Assembly (NCBI RefSeq): GCF_964204645.1
Contig: NC_134027.1
Span: forward strand, 12,184,485 to 12,248,484
From: Tubulanus polymorphus
Lineage: Eukaryota > Animalia > Nemertea
Direction: 5' to 3'
DNA: 64,000 bases
The stretch's first letter is position 1. Each line of letters starts with the position of its first letter. Below, in pieces: positions 45,001-58,671 of this stretch. Made by a program: the position numbers and the translations under genes. The notes beneath the pieces were generated by a model. It saw nothing but the letters and a program-made list of their open reading frames with translations. It was not told the origin of the DNA and did no database searches.

Positions 45001-48000
45001 AAAATACCTGTCTCAGGTATAAAACATCCCTTTCCAAAGAATACCCATCAGCAATTGCAATGAGAAATGGCAAACCAGTAGGAAGCTACAGGACTCAGAA
45101 TTCGGGCCAAAATTGAAATTTTTGGGCACCTCACCTAAGACGACCATCTTGAGTCCGATCGACCCAATTTTTGTTATGCTGATGGGCCCTGGGAGGGTTC
45201 AAATATACACAAAAGATAAAGGTAATTGATCAAGTTGTCTTCAAAATTTTCTTCAAAAAGTTCAAAAACGTGTAAAAAGTGCCGATTTTGGCGAACAGCA
45301 ATGGCTGCCAGTCGGCCATCATGATTCTGACAGGACCAGTTTTTGGGCTGAAGATGTATCTAGCGTAGATTCATGTATAAACCAAATATCAAGACATTAC
45401 CTTGAAGCGTCTTCAAAACTTCCCAAAATAATGGATTCCGTCTACGGACAGACGGATAGACGAACGGACGATAAGTGAACGCAATAGCCCGCTGGGACTA
45501 AAGTCTCAAGTGGGCTAAAATATAATTGCATACCTGTTAACCTGTATGCTTTCTCCGTACTTTGTATGGGAAATTAAGATTTTTTTCCATGTAAGGCCAG
45601 CCCCGTAGTCAGGGCCCTCCAAGGGGGAGGGGGTGCAATATAAACTACAAGTGGACCTAAACCACTGCAATAGCACCCGACGCATCCCAACCCTGGCTAC
45701 GGACCTGACAGTGTATACAGGGATAATTATATGGGAGATAAGACTTAGAATTTATGGAATTTGGAAAAAATTAGAAGAAGGCCTCAAAGGAGGGGCCTGG
45801 AGAATATAGGCATTATTATAGACCTACATAATTCAAATTTTCAAATCAATCACGGAACTGTATATAAGTGAAAGTGAACGTTTTTGCTCTATAAGTTTCG
45901 TTTTGTGTTTTCTATAATCGAGGTCGTGAAAAAAATTATTGCATTTGGCCCTTATCAGCCACCATACATTTTGGTGATTGCCCCGCCCGAGAAACAGGAT
46001 CTTTTTTGGTGTGGCCTAAATGCATCTAATTTTTCAAAATTTTTCAAAAGTTACGTGCCACAAGTGCATGTAAGTAGTGACCCAATGTTCTATATGCGCC
46101 TACCCATTTTCCCAAAAGCTAGATCCACCACTGATTGAAGCGCACAATCCATGATAAAATAACAATATCTGATGAATTATCAGAAGGGGTTGAGGCTGTC
46201 AACGAATGTAGTAAACATGTTCACATACCGTAGATTGATGATAATATTTTTCGTATGTATTCGACAATGCTGTGGATTTTTTATGTCTGCTCTTCCTTTG
46301 ATGTGCAAATAGTAAGTCGGACACAAATGTATTATTTCTAAAACTAGAATGAACAGGAAGTATATGTCCCTCTGTTGAGAACAAGTATCGTCCACTTTCA
46401 CGATTCACGTGATTATCTTCGTCGAATAACTGTAAAATAAATGTGTCCATACTGGAATGCTGGAAATTATGGATACCAGGTTTACATGCAGTCGAACTAA
46501 CATAACTCGGATTACTAGGGACTCCCCATATTACTTTGAATTACCGTATTTTCCGACTAATAAGCAGATTTTCTAGCCTCAGATTTTTACCCCAAAATAT
46601 CATGATCAGCTTATTGGACGGATACGATCTGACCTAAATAATTACTTCCCAAACTATGTCATTCTAATCCTCCTGAAGATCATCAAAATCAATAAGAGTG
46701 TTCCATATTTATTTGAGGTCATTATTTACTACCAATAATCTATTTAGAACTATTTTGTTACTTTGTTTCTTTCATCACCTCACAGCGGCAATCTAATACT
46801 GTAGCGCCAGTGTGCGCACCAGCAGTCAGCTGCGTGTTTGCGAATGTAGGTTACAATATATGGCTATCGGCAGGCGTGTATTTTCAGCCTCATACATCGT
46901 CAATTAAGACAAACTAATTGACGAATCAGTGAATTAAAATCTCCTGATGAAGGGCCTCGGCTTATTGCGCGATGCATTAAGAAATCCATGTATTTAAGGC
47001 TAAAATACTGCCCTCGGCTTAATCGCCGGAAAATACGGTATGTGTAAAATCCAAATTATAAATAGTAGTTTCCACGGTTCCAGGTTAAATGGCTCAAAAA
47101 AATCATTAATGAAACTCGGAAGGAAATATGAAGCTGTCGCAGAGAGTAGAAAATGTCTGCGAATTCTTGAAGGCAATAAAAAGGTCGACGCTATACATCA
47201 GACTAGTAAATGCAGGAACTGTGGTTTACAGCCTCCACCGAGAAAGTGTCCAGCCTTCAAGTCCAAATGTCATGGTTGTGGTAAAATTGGCCACTGAGCC
47301 AGATTCTGCAGAACGTTGAAGATGAGGAAACGATCGTCTTCGAGACCAAGAGATAGCCGTCCAGTTAACCGCCAACAAAGACCCAACAGGAGCGCAAGTC
47401 GCAGAGGTCGACATAGATCACACAGAAACAACATCGAAACCAATGACTCAAATGAAAACACAGCAGAAAGAAAACCTAAGAGAGTCGGGACAGTGTGCAA
47501 GAACTGCGATACAGACGACGATTCAGACGGTTTTGATGGTTACGTATTTGAGTCGATACACACGAGAAATAGAACTCGAGGCGAAGCATAAGCGCTACTC
47601 GACATTGACATTTATGGCCACCGGAGGCCTGAGTGTCAACTTCGTGTAAAAGTCGATACTGGGGCCCAAAGAAACACACTGCCGACCAGAATCTTCGGGC
47701 AGATGTGGCCGGACAAGGTCTCGTCAGATGGTAGAATACTGGCTAGTGAGAGTGGTGCGAAACTTTTTGCGTATAATAACACTGAGATACACCACCATGG
47801 TGTAATTAAGATACCGTGTAATTACAAAAATAGTCAACTCGTGAGCACAGAGTTTTTCATCGTAGACGTTGACGCTGTGGCTGGGTTGCCTACCTGTGAG
47901 GCACTGAACATCGTGTCAATGAACTGTACCATACATCACAAGAAAATCGACGGCAAACCAATCACTTCAGCCCAGCAACTCAAAGATATGTACCCTGACC

Positions 48001-51000
48001 AGTTTGATAAAATTGGTTGTTTTCCAGGCGAAGTCAAGCTACATGTCGATCCTGACGCGATACCGCATATTGATGCTCCGAGGTAGACACCAATAGCTTT
48101 AAAGGAGAAGATCAAACGAGGGTTAGATAAAATGGAAAACGAAGACAAAGTTATTCGGAAGGTCTCTATCGAAGAACCAAGCGAGTGGGTCTAAAGTTTA
48201 GCTTACTCACTGAAGAAAGATGGTGATCTACGTATCTGCCTGGATCCCAGACACCTAAATGCCGCATTGAGGAGACCACACCACAAGATTCCGACGCTTG
48301 AAGAACTTAATCATAAGTTTAGCGGAGCAAAGTATTTCAGTAAACTGGATGCCAAAGCCGGTTACTGGAGCGTCAAATTGCACCCAGATTCTCAACTTCC
48401 GATGACGTTCCAGACCCCGTATGGACGGTACTGTTTTACTAGGTTGCCATTTGGGCTCTCTGTGAGCCAAGACATATTCCAGTCAAAGATGGATACGATC
48501 CTAGAGGGGCTGGAAGGTGTTGTTAGCATCGCCGATGATGTATGCGTCGTTGGTAATACCAGTGAAGAGCACGACACCAATATAATCAACCTGATGGAAC
48601 GAGCAGAAGAGAATGGGTTAGTGTTTAATTTCACCAAATGTAATATAAGGTGTCCGGAAGTCAAGTTCTACGGTTCAGTCTACAGTGAACGTGGTATGAG
48701 ACCAGATCAAACGAGTGTCCGATCTCAGAAACATGAAAGCTCCGGAAAATAAGCAGGAACTTCAGGAATTCCTTGGACTGCTGACATACCTCAGCCCATT
48801 CATTCCAAACCTGTCAAGCAAGGCATATATTCTGAGAGAACTGCTGAAAAAAAATTCGGATTTCCAGTGGGAAAAACATCACAGTGATTGCTTTGACAAA
48901 CTGAAACAAAGCATATCTGAGTACTCAACTCTAGCATATTTTGATACACAAAAGACACCTATACTTATGACAGACGCAAGTATGAAGGGACTCGGAGCTA
49001 GCCTTTTACAAGAGGAAGACGGATCCAAATTACTTAAACCCGTGGCTTACGGTTCAAAGACTTTGTCTCAGTCGGAGAAGAACTACGCATGTATCGAGCG
49101 CGAACTCCTTGCAATTGTCTTCGGAGTGCAGAAGTTTCATACATTCCTGTACGGCAGACCATTCAGAGTCATAACAGACCATAAGCCCCTAGTAATGATA
49201 ACTCAAAAAAGTCTTGCTCCACGAGTGCTCTACCACGATTACAGCGAATGCTCCTCAAGCTGAAAGGATACAACATGAATTTAGAATACAGGCCAGGAAA
49301 AGAAATGACTCTTGCAGACACGTTGTCAAGACTGCCTAACGTCAAAAATCAGGAGCAAATCGAACTAGACATAAGAGTAGACTTTGTCAGGTTCACCTCA
49401 GAGAAGATCGTACAAGTAAGACACGATACAGCCGCCGATGCTGTAGTCTGCAAATTGATGGAAGTCATATGCACTGGCTGGCCGCGGTCCATCAAAGAAC
49501 TACCCAAAGAACTCAGACCGTATTGGAGTGTTCGTGACGAACTTTCAGTCGAAAACGGAATTATTTTGAAGGCAGCAAGAATTGTAATGCCAATGATACT
49601 GAGAGACGAGATGCTGAAAAAACTGCATTACGGACATATGGGCATAGAAAAGACCAGACTACGGGCCAGAGACTCAGTATACTGGCCAGGCATCACTAGA
49701 GATATCGAAAACGTAGTAAAAGACTGCCGAGAATGCCCAAAACATCTAGCATCGCAGCCGCAACAGCCATTGATTCTCCAGGAAATACCTGGAAGGCCTT
49801 GGGAAATGGTTGGAACGGATCTCGAGTTGCACAACCTTAATTGGCTGATTCTCGTAGACTATTATAGTAAGTTTCCTGTCGTTAGGAAACTTCCCTGTCC
49901 AAGTCCCAGCAAGTTAGTTGTTAGTGCAACAAAGCAGGTGTTCGCCGAATACGGTGTACCAACTGAGGTTAGATCAGATAACGGACCTCATTTCGACAGC
50001 AAGGAATATAAATGTTTTGCCATCGAATGGGGATTCTCGCATCATACCAGCTCGCCAAGATATCCGAGATCGAATGGTATGGTTGAACGCACCATTCGTA
50101 CTGTGAAAACGTTGCTGAAGAAAGCAAAACAAACCAATCAAGATCCTGACCTGGTGTTACTGGCATTGAGAGCAACGCCGATTGATAGTAAGTTACCAAG
50201 TCCAGGTGAATTGTTAACCGGACACAAGCTGGCGACACACCTCCCCGCGAAAATAATCAACATTGACCCAGACCGGGATGATGTACGCAATCGCTTGTTA
50301 GATCGTCAACAGATGATGAAAAAACACCACGATAAGCATGCCCACCAGCTGAAACCACCATCAATTGGAGACAGGATCACATACCAGAAAGAAACTGGCG
50401 GATCATGGCTACCAGGAACGGTTATACAAAAAACACCACAGCCACGATCATACGTCGTCCAAGATGATAACAACCAGCGTAGGTTCCGAAGAAATCAAGT
50501 TCACATCAGACCAGTTGGTGGAATGCAACAAGACAAGTCTAAGAAAATCTGTCCACTTTGCTCCTGAGCTTGTCGAGACACAACCTAGCAGACCCATCAT
50601 TGGCCCCAAAACAAACCATACAACTAGGTCAGGTCGGGTCTCAAAACAACCCCAACGATTAGATCTGTAATACAATTACTAAATCTACAAATATTAAATC
50701 TACAAACGTTAAATCTACAAACAGTAATTAAACTTTAGAAATATTAGTTATACTATATAGTTATACCATAATTATTATGTTAGATTAGTTCAGATTCTGT
50801 AATTCATTTTATTATAACTGAGATACTTCTTAGTGTTTTTAAGTAGATATAGGATTATAGCTCAAAGTAAAAAGTAATTAGTTTTTTGTTACGGTTCCTT
50901 TCTTAAGAAGGGGCGTGTGATATGATTGTGTATATACACATCAATAAAAGTAGTTCCAAGTATGGCGGTCGTTCTTGTCATGTGTTTTTGTTATCTGACG

Positions 51001-54000
51001 CTCTGACAGTCGAATATATTTCAAGTCCTGATATCGGAGGACATCATAACAAGAACTAAGTGTCTCCAATGCGTGAAACCTTTGTTCTTGTTTTGATTGT
51101 TTCCCAAGCCTGAAATCTAGGTCCCAATGATCAAATTCCCTTTTATTGGTTACACTTGCATGCTATCAAAATTTTACTTGAATATTATGTATATAGTGCC
51201 TTTTCTATAGACTCATAGCCTAAAGGCTATAGGCGTGCTTAAAAACTAGGGGTCCAGGATTACCATGCCTACTTATGATAGAAATGGGCTACAACTGCAA
51301 TATCTACAAAATATGCATACCAGTACACTGTTGCAATTGATTGTGATAACAAAATACATGCACAACTCTATTCTACAAAACAATAGAAACACTTACAAGA
51401 TATAGATATTTACATGTTTCACTGAGAAAGAAACTTTCCATTCTGTCTTCTTGATCCATTTTATCAACATCATGAATAGTAGCAAATCCACACCTTAAAT
51501 GTATGCTCATGTATCATATTTTCATTATCAACCTGGTAAGTAATCATTAAAATATAATCAAAATGGCTTTTCACTTACTCGGCTTTTGCATGTTTTTGAA
51601 TACTTTTAAGAATGTCTTGACCGACGAACAAGTAAAATGGATTTTTTGTCGCTTGATATAGCAGATATGTCGATTCTACTAATTCAGGACGTAGGGGGTA
51701 AAATTTGATGTCCGGTTCTTTCATTTGCCAGTTATATCGTTCGGGTAGAACACCATACCGCCGCCATATCGTGTAATATAGCGCGTGGAAACAAATCGCT
51801 TCTTCTATATCACCTTTCAAAACCTGAGTATGAATAATAAAAGGCTAGCTAAAAATCTGTTTCTTACCCAACATCGATTCATTGCACATTTGAGTATTTC
51901 ATAGTAAAATACGGTATTTGCCCTCCAGTGCCCATAGAGACAATGTTCGGTCTCGGGAACTTCGATAACTTGTGCTCCATGGAGACTGGGTCCTCCACCT
52001 ACTGAAGATGTCCAGTGCCCCTGTGGCCGCCACGTGACTGAAGGATCAGATAGCCAACAAATGTGTTGTTTAAAGAGAAACTTATAAACCGGGGTATTCT
52101 TTACCTTAAGTTAAACCCCTCATTTAATGTGTCATAGCCAACTGGTAGCCAACTGAGCTACAACAACCATAAGCTCCTTTTTCTTTCGCTGTTATGTTAG
52201 AGCACACTAGTTGCAGCAGATGTGGTGAAATATGTTTTCGGGGTTTTATCAGGGGCCATGTAATCGTGTTCAACTATAACAGAATAGCCATCGCACCAGT
52301 TCAACCAGTTAAGCTATCGGTGTGCAAAAAATCTTGATGATGTATACAGTAACCTCATTATAACTAACTTGGATAAAGATTTATCCGTTATTACGAAAAT
52401 ACAGTATAACCTCTCTATAGTGAACGCTTGGGGTTCCGAAGAAATTGTTCACTATAGAGAGGTGTTCACTAAATAGAGGTAGCACATATTTGTGTCACGC
52501 CACCTACCAGCAGTTTGAATAACTACCCCCCAATATTAAGCTTTAATCCAAAACAATAACAGCTGTCCATTCATAAGTGTAGTAACCAATTAACCTAATT
52601 AGTACTGCCTAAAAACTATCAAAGATAACTAGCCATTGAATGACAATGAGTTATGTACATACAGTATATGATGAACACCTATAGTGTGATAACAATGAGT
52701 CTAATAGCAAACTTTGACTGTCTAGACATTCTGGGATGGGACCACAGTTCACTATAGAGAGGTATAATGATCATTTGGTACCAGAAAAAGTGTTCACTGT
52801 TCACTATAGAGAGGTGTTCACTAAATGGAGGTTCTGTTTAATTGAAAATGAGTAGGGAAAATTTGGTTCCGGGCAAAAAGTGTTCACTAAATAGAGGTAT
52901 TCACTAAGGGAGGTTTTACTGTAGAACAATTTTGTTAAATGGATATAACAAAATTTTGGTTATAGCGAACAGGGTTCCTGGTCCCATGCAGTCTGCAATA
53001 TTTAATTGATTAACAACCTAAAATGCCTATGCATCATTTGACATTTTTCAGTAAAAAATCTTTAAGATGAGGACTTTTTTCAAATTTGAAAACTTTTTAT
53101 ATTTGTCAATAAATTTTCTAATGAAAAAGTTACTTCAGCATTTGGAATGGTTCCCAACTATCAGGGAATTGCCTACAGCATTGGAAAACTACTACATAAA
53201 CATACAATTTCGACATCATCTATACACATAGGTTGGCTCCTGGAACTTCTCCGTCAATAGTTAATACAGCATTCGCCTATAGCAAAAGGTAGGACTCGCG
53301 TAGATTGAGAATTATAACTAACCTGAACTCCTGGCCAAGCGGCCTGTAATGCATCAATCCAATAATTTGAAGTTTCTCCATTTTTCATGTTCACGTTTAT
53401 GTAGATCGGAGGATTTCCATTTCCACTGTTACAAAATTCACGCCTAATAAAATGAAAAATACATTTGACATGTATCAGTATCATCAGCAGTTATACATCC
53501 GACTGAAGTTGTACTAACCCTCTTCGAAGGTGAAATTTAATAGTTTCATATGATTCATTAAATTTCATTAAATACGAGTCATCACCGAACATAATATATG
53601 CCTGCAATTAACAAGTTGATCATTAAGAAGTCCGGAGCTTTACAACCTATTGAAATTTTGATGATAAACTGAAAGCTGTTAAGTCTAATCTGTCTGGCGG
53701 AAAACTACCTTTATCATGTACTCATAGAATGAATCGATACCAGCGCCTAGTCCACTCATGGTACCAACCCATTTTCCAGTATGTATATTGATCACGTTAC
53801 CTATGAAAAGATTATCATCATATAATCATTGCAATGCAAATAATCCAACTAGAAACAAGCTTTATGCTGTATGTACCGATATGAACATTCAGGGTTTCCA
53901 GCGGTCCTTCCAAGTCCTTCTTTTGGAAAAAGTTTGGACAAACATCATCTTTGTCCTTCGTTTTGACTCTAAGTCCTTCCTTTTGATAAAAAAGTCCTTC

Positions 54001-57000
54001 CAAATTTGATTTCTATGTATTTTTGCGCGCAATTTTGTCGCGAATTCGACCGTTGAAGTATTTCATTACTCAGTAACTGGTAATTACTGGTAATCCAATT
54101 TTCAGTAAGATTGAATCTACAGAAAAGTGTTACCATAAAATATATGGCTGGTCTACATGACTAGTATTCGGGCAAAGGCATTGCAAAAATGCTCCTTTAT
54201 GGGCCCTCATTTTACTGGAAAGTACATATTTCCGAGTCAAAAAGTCCTTCCTTTTGGGTCTAAAATTGTCGAAAAAGTCCTTCTTAGTACTTCTTTTTAA
54301 CCTGGCCTTACCACTGGAAACCCTGTGTATTGTATGCACAATGTGTAAATACTAAGTTGAGAACACATTTTTGTGCTTTGGTAGCCATCATCAGGTGGAA
54401 TGATGGCTGTTACAAGGCAAGTTAAACCATCTACAAATTCTTTAACTTTTAACTCGTTAAGTAAATTATTCTCCCTTGAAACATGTGCACAGAAAACCAC
54501 CTTACCCCTTATCTAACATAACTAACACTGTTGTATTTCTATATTTCAATATATCGCGCCAATATACTATATAAAACTATTTATATTCAACACAGCATCA
54601 AATGTCAGATTGATGCTTTGCTAGTGTATATATTGTATATTCTCGTATTGGTATATTTGATAATAAACTTTATTATGGCAAAAAAATTATCCAAATATGG
54701 CCATGTCGCTTCCTTTTATATCACATTGTGCGTAAATGTGTGTTTTGGAAAAGCAGCCTTTGAAACTGTGAGAAAATTGCTTTTTTTAGTTTTTGCCAGA
54801 CTGGGTACAGTTGCTCAAAAAGTTGGTTAAATATAAGGCAGTTTTTTATTGTTGCTTGGATTACAAATCCACCACAAATACTGTGGTAACAATGGGCATT
54901 TATTTAATTTTCACTATATCAACTATTCACTGTTTAACTCTGACCAACTTTTGAGCAACTGACCCCTGGGGCTTAGTACAAAACTCCCTATAACAAGATG
55001 TTTAAGTCCTGGCTAGTAGAATTTATTGGACTACATCACCCGGATCCCTTTCTTTTGCGCAAAGAAAGCAACAAGATGGCGATTTTGTTTCGGAGTGCTG
55101 ACATCAATGGTCGCCTTGGCCAATTATTGGGCTGCTAACCCAGTATGCTTAACTTAATACCAAAGTGTGTTCACAGAATGTCCCTTAAACATGATTATAT
55201 ACAAAGGCCGGATACCTAACGTACAGTTGAAAAGCACATGAAATAGCCACAGTGGGCACATAATGGGTCACACAGGATTGTGGTAACAGTGTTTGACTTT
55301 TTATTACCTTCTGTCATTTTCTAGTAATCTTGTACAAAGTAAAATACCCGTATATATCGAGTGTCACATTACACATTATGATTTATGAGTATAAGTGATG
55401 AAAATTTATTTACCAAATAAACCAGTGACATTAGAACGGAAACTCCACAGAGAATCAATCACACGGTGTGCCACAGATTTATACACGGGATCCTGTAGAA
55501 GATGACTTAAAATTCCGAATTCAAGTAGAATTGTGCCAGCTCCGGATGTACACGTTTCATTCGTACAATTCAAAGGAACTCCATGCCGTAAATTTACCTT
55601 CAACACAGAATATAAATCTGAAACAAGTATCACAGGAGCCAGTTTATAGTTCCGAGTCAGAAATGAGTTTATTTATAAATAAATCTGCAATTGAAGGGTC
55701 AGATTTTGATATTGTCCTGGCACAGAACTAAGTTCCACAGTTGCAAGTCAGCATTACACTTTGCCTGCAAGTACATCGCATTGCAGTTTATTGAAGGTAA
55801 ATATAATTAGGCATTATCTCTATTGAAAGTTAGCAGCCTGTCAATCTTGTTGAAACGTAAGTAACTAGCAATACACCACATAGGCCTAGCAGAATCTGCC
55901 TGATTCATATATACACTGATTAATCAACATACTCAGTGGAATTTTTTAAATCATCTCCAGCACTTCAGATTAATAATTAGTCAGCACTAAATAAGAACTT
56001 AAAAATGATAATGATTACAGTCAAATCAGCTTTAATCCGAATCAGAGATCCATATTTCGATTTGAAATTATCTGTTTATTATTAAAGGTTCCTCTATAGG
56101 CCTAAGCCTTATACACCAGTAGATGATGATATATCCACTTCTGATTTCTCAGACACGATTTTATCAGCCCCAACTGATCCAAATTAAGCAGGGGTCTACC
56201 GTATAACATTTTAAAATATTCAACTCCAGTCAAATCCAACCCAGAACTCTCATTTCTTTTTAATAATTGAAAATCTGCTAGGCTTATCTGATTTTCATTA
56301 TGAATTTAGGAATTATCAATAGCTCACCCTTGGATAAGGAATACCGGTTGCTGTATCCTGAAAAGCCGGCAACAATCGAGAAGCCAGGTCATGAGCTAAA
56401 TGCAGCAATTCATCGTCATAATTATCGGGAGACACGTCTCCAAATGGTTTTAATGGATCAACAATAATCAAATGAGCCGACAGTAATCCACCTAAAACCC
56501 TGAAACAAAAACAAAAAATACTAAGTAGACTTTTCCTTTGAACTGAATGATCATTCTATAACAAAATAAAAGCAATCATATCTTTAATTCAATAGTTCAA
56601 TAAAAGAGATAAATAGAAATCTCACTTAGGCCACACCAAAATAAAACCCTGTTTCTCGGGCCCGACCGACCAGATATTTCGTTGTTTCAAATAATCATTT
56701 TCAGAATAAAATATAATTGCATACAGACCCTTTTTCAAAATTTTGGTTGAAACAACTTGTTTCAAAAATATATATGTGGCCGACTGACTACCAAACTCTC
56801 CATTCTCGTAAATAATTTTTCCTTTTTAATCAAATCGTGATGTCGGCACTGAGATCAACATCATAAAAATATTTTTTTACATCGGATTTAACAATCTGAT
56901 TCTGGAAATGATGCAGCCATGCTCAGACAACTTTGCTAATCGAACATTGATGGCGACCTTGGATTGTAAAATTCCAGGAATTCCGTGAAATATGTTCAAA

Positions 57001-58671
57001 ATAGTTTTTTTATACTAGGTAATTGGAAACACCTCAATTCCTTTTATCATTATGGCCTACTAGCTGTTAATCATATTCCTGACTAAAAATTTGGTCCAGT
57101 AAAAAGTATTTTAAACGACCTACCCCATTTTCAAAAGTATACCCAAAATTCCCTACCTACCAACCCATTTTGGTGATTGCCCCGCCCAAGAAACAGGATT
57201 TTTGTTTTGGTGTGGCCTAATATATCTAAAATTTGTCAAACCATGGCATATTGGATCACTGGTATGATATAAAAATCTTTTGATTAAAAAACGTAGGAAT
57301 GGTCAAGTGTATACAGTCGAGTAAGCTTATAGGCCTATAGTATTCTGGCCTGGTATTGTATGGATATGGTGATATCTATAGATGTACAATATATCTAACC
57401 ATTTAAGAGTAGCGTATATCGTAGAAGAAACTTATTCAGACCAAAGTAAATATGTTTCCACGACATATGCAATGATGATATAAGCGTAGTCTACTGTACT
57501 TAGTGAATGAATCTGGCTCCACAAGTGAATAAACGATCATAATGTTTGTGTAGAAAGGTGGTCTATTTGTTTATAAATTACCTAATAGTAGCTTCAAATA
57601 CCTGAACAGTATTTGACTTGTCAAAATGAACTGTATCTACGACTAGTTTTACTGCTTTCTTGAATTCACTTACATTACCCATTATCTGAAAAAAGAATTG
57701 AAAATGGATTAGGGGTCCTAATAACATATACCCACTTTTTAGTAACTGGAACCAAGGCAACCAGTCAGCTCCTAAAATCTGATCAAACTAATTTTTTGTT
57801 GCTGATCGGTCTTTTGCTTGGAGATTAAAATCTACAAACTTCTTATTGCTAATTACCCCGAATACATATAATCACTGAACACCACTCGGGGGATTTTCAT
57901 TAGCATAACATTTTAGAGGAGCACCACCCAATTCCTTATAAATCTCACATAGCCCCTGCTGTAGATAGTTTTGATAGATGATAGAATGTATACATACAAT
58001 AAGTGTGTCCAGTGAATCAACCAGAGTCAATGCATAGTCTCCTAATGCATCGTTGATATTAATGTTATTTCTGTAAGAAAGTTAAAACAAATAGAAGTAG
58101 GCAAACATCTCATAGGGTCGACCCTATCAAAGCCCTAACCTTAACCCAATATAATGATTTTATTGTTACTTTTATTAGTTTATATTTTTAGAGACAATGT
58201 ACGGTCAAATAGTGTATCTACTCAGATGGCGTTGGTCGACACTGGTCAGCTTTAGCCAGTTAAAGCTGACCAGTGTCGACCAACGCTTTCTGAGTAGGAG
58301 CCTAAAAAAAAATCGTCTTACGGATTATTGTAGTCTGGACCGCGACCTCGACAATAAATTGGATTCAATTCATCCTTCGGGAAAGCGTATTTCATATAGT
58401 TATCATATCCAAAATAAAACATTTTTCTAGCTTCTTCTTTCATCTCCAACCGCTCAGACTCTGGGAAATAACTATATTTTGCATCGTAGGGGCTCCAATT
58501 CTTCTTGAAAAAATATATGTTAGTTTCACATTGTTGGATGACGTTCAAACACACAATCAACAAGATGAAACCAGAAAATAACTTCTTATATACCACGCCC
58601 GTTGAAGATTGCATTAACATGGCAATCAGTGTCGATAATTTGGAGCTTTCGCTCGCTATACATTTTGTCAT
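42092..58671 (-). CDS. EDEM1: ER degradation-enhancing alpha-mannosidase-like protein 1 (GH47). 12 coding exons: 58322-58671, 57998-58070, 57582-57685, 56328-56499, 55414-55597, 53709-53800, 53519-53601, 53323-53443, 51579-51823, 51397-51493, 46229-46429, 42092-42184
   Basis: GT-AG-bounded exons splice in frame to give [109 protein letters not shown] and a short EDEM1-type C-terminus. The start could instead be the ATG at 58620. Confidence 0.93.
43260..45518 (-). mobile_element. Helentron-associated non-autonomous elements (HINE/DINE-1/Pearl-like) with an internal ~152-bp satellite; one partial copy (43260-~44115) and one full copy (44299-45518) in tandem
   Basis: Ends ACTAGGGGTCCAGGGACACCATGCCCAC and GTGGGCTAA; GGAC-type microsatellite; tandem units containing AACGCCCCCTGGTGACCATA; same family as 61333-62627. 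Confidence 0.85.
46544..47038. mobile_element. Tc1/mariner-type MITE
   Basis: TIR CCGTATTTTCCG / CGGAAAATACGG with TA on both sides. Confidence 0.75.
47110..51051 (+). mobile_element. 5'-truncated Ty3/Gypsy LTR retrotransposon in EDEM1 intron 10 (antisense), frameshifted
   Basis: Gag knuckle CHGCGKIGH; protease VDTGAQ (~47651); [19 protein letters not shown]; RNase H TDAS, TDHKPL; integrase HYGH..C..C, SDNGP, SNGMVER. PPT AAGAAGGGG at ~50905 precedes a probable LTR at 50916-~51051. Confidence 0.9.
52402..52921. mobile_element. Tc1/mariner (pogo-like) MITE
   Basis: TA-CAGTATAACCTC ... GAGGTTTTACTG-TA, with internal TTCACTATAGAGAGGT repeats. Confidence 0.75.
53890..54325. mobile_element. MITE
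   Basis: TIR CAGGGTTTCCAG / CTGGAAACCCTG; internal AAGTCCTTCC repeats. Confidence 0.7.
54801..54969. mobile_element. Small MITE
   Basis: Inverted repeat CAGTTGCTCAAAAAGTTGGT / ACCAACTTTTGAGCAACTG. Confidence 0.55.
56628..57218. mobile_element. Non-autonomous DNA transposon (possibly Kolobok-like)
   Basis: TIR AGGCCACACCAAAA..CCTGTTTCT / AGAAACAGG..TTTTGGTGTGGCCT in a TTA/TAA context. A second right end of the same family lies at ~45960-46020. Confidence 0.65.
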
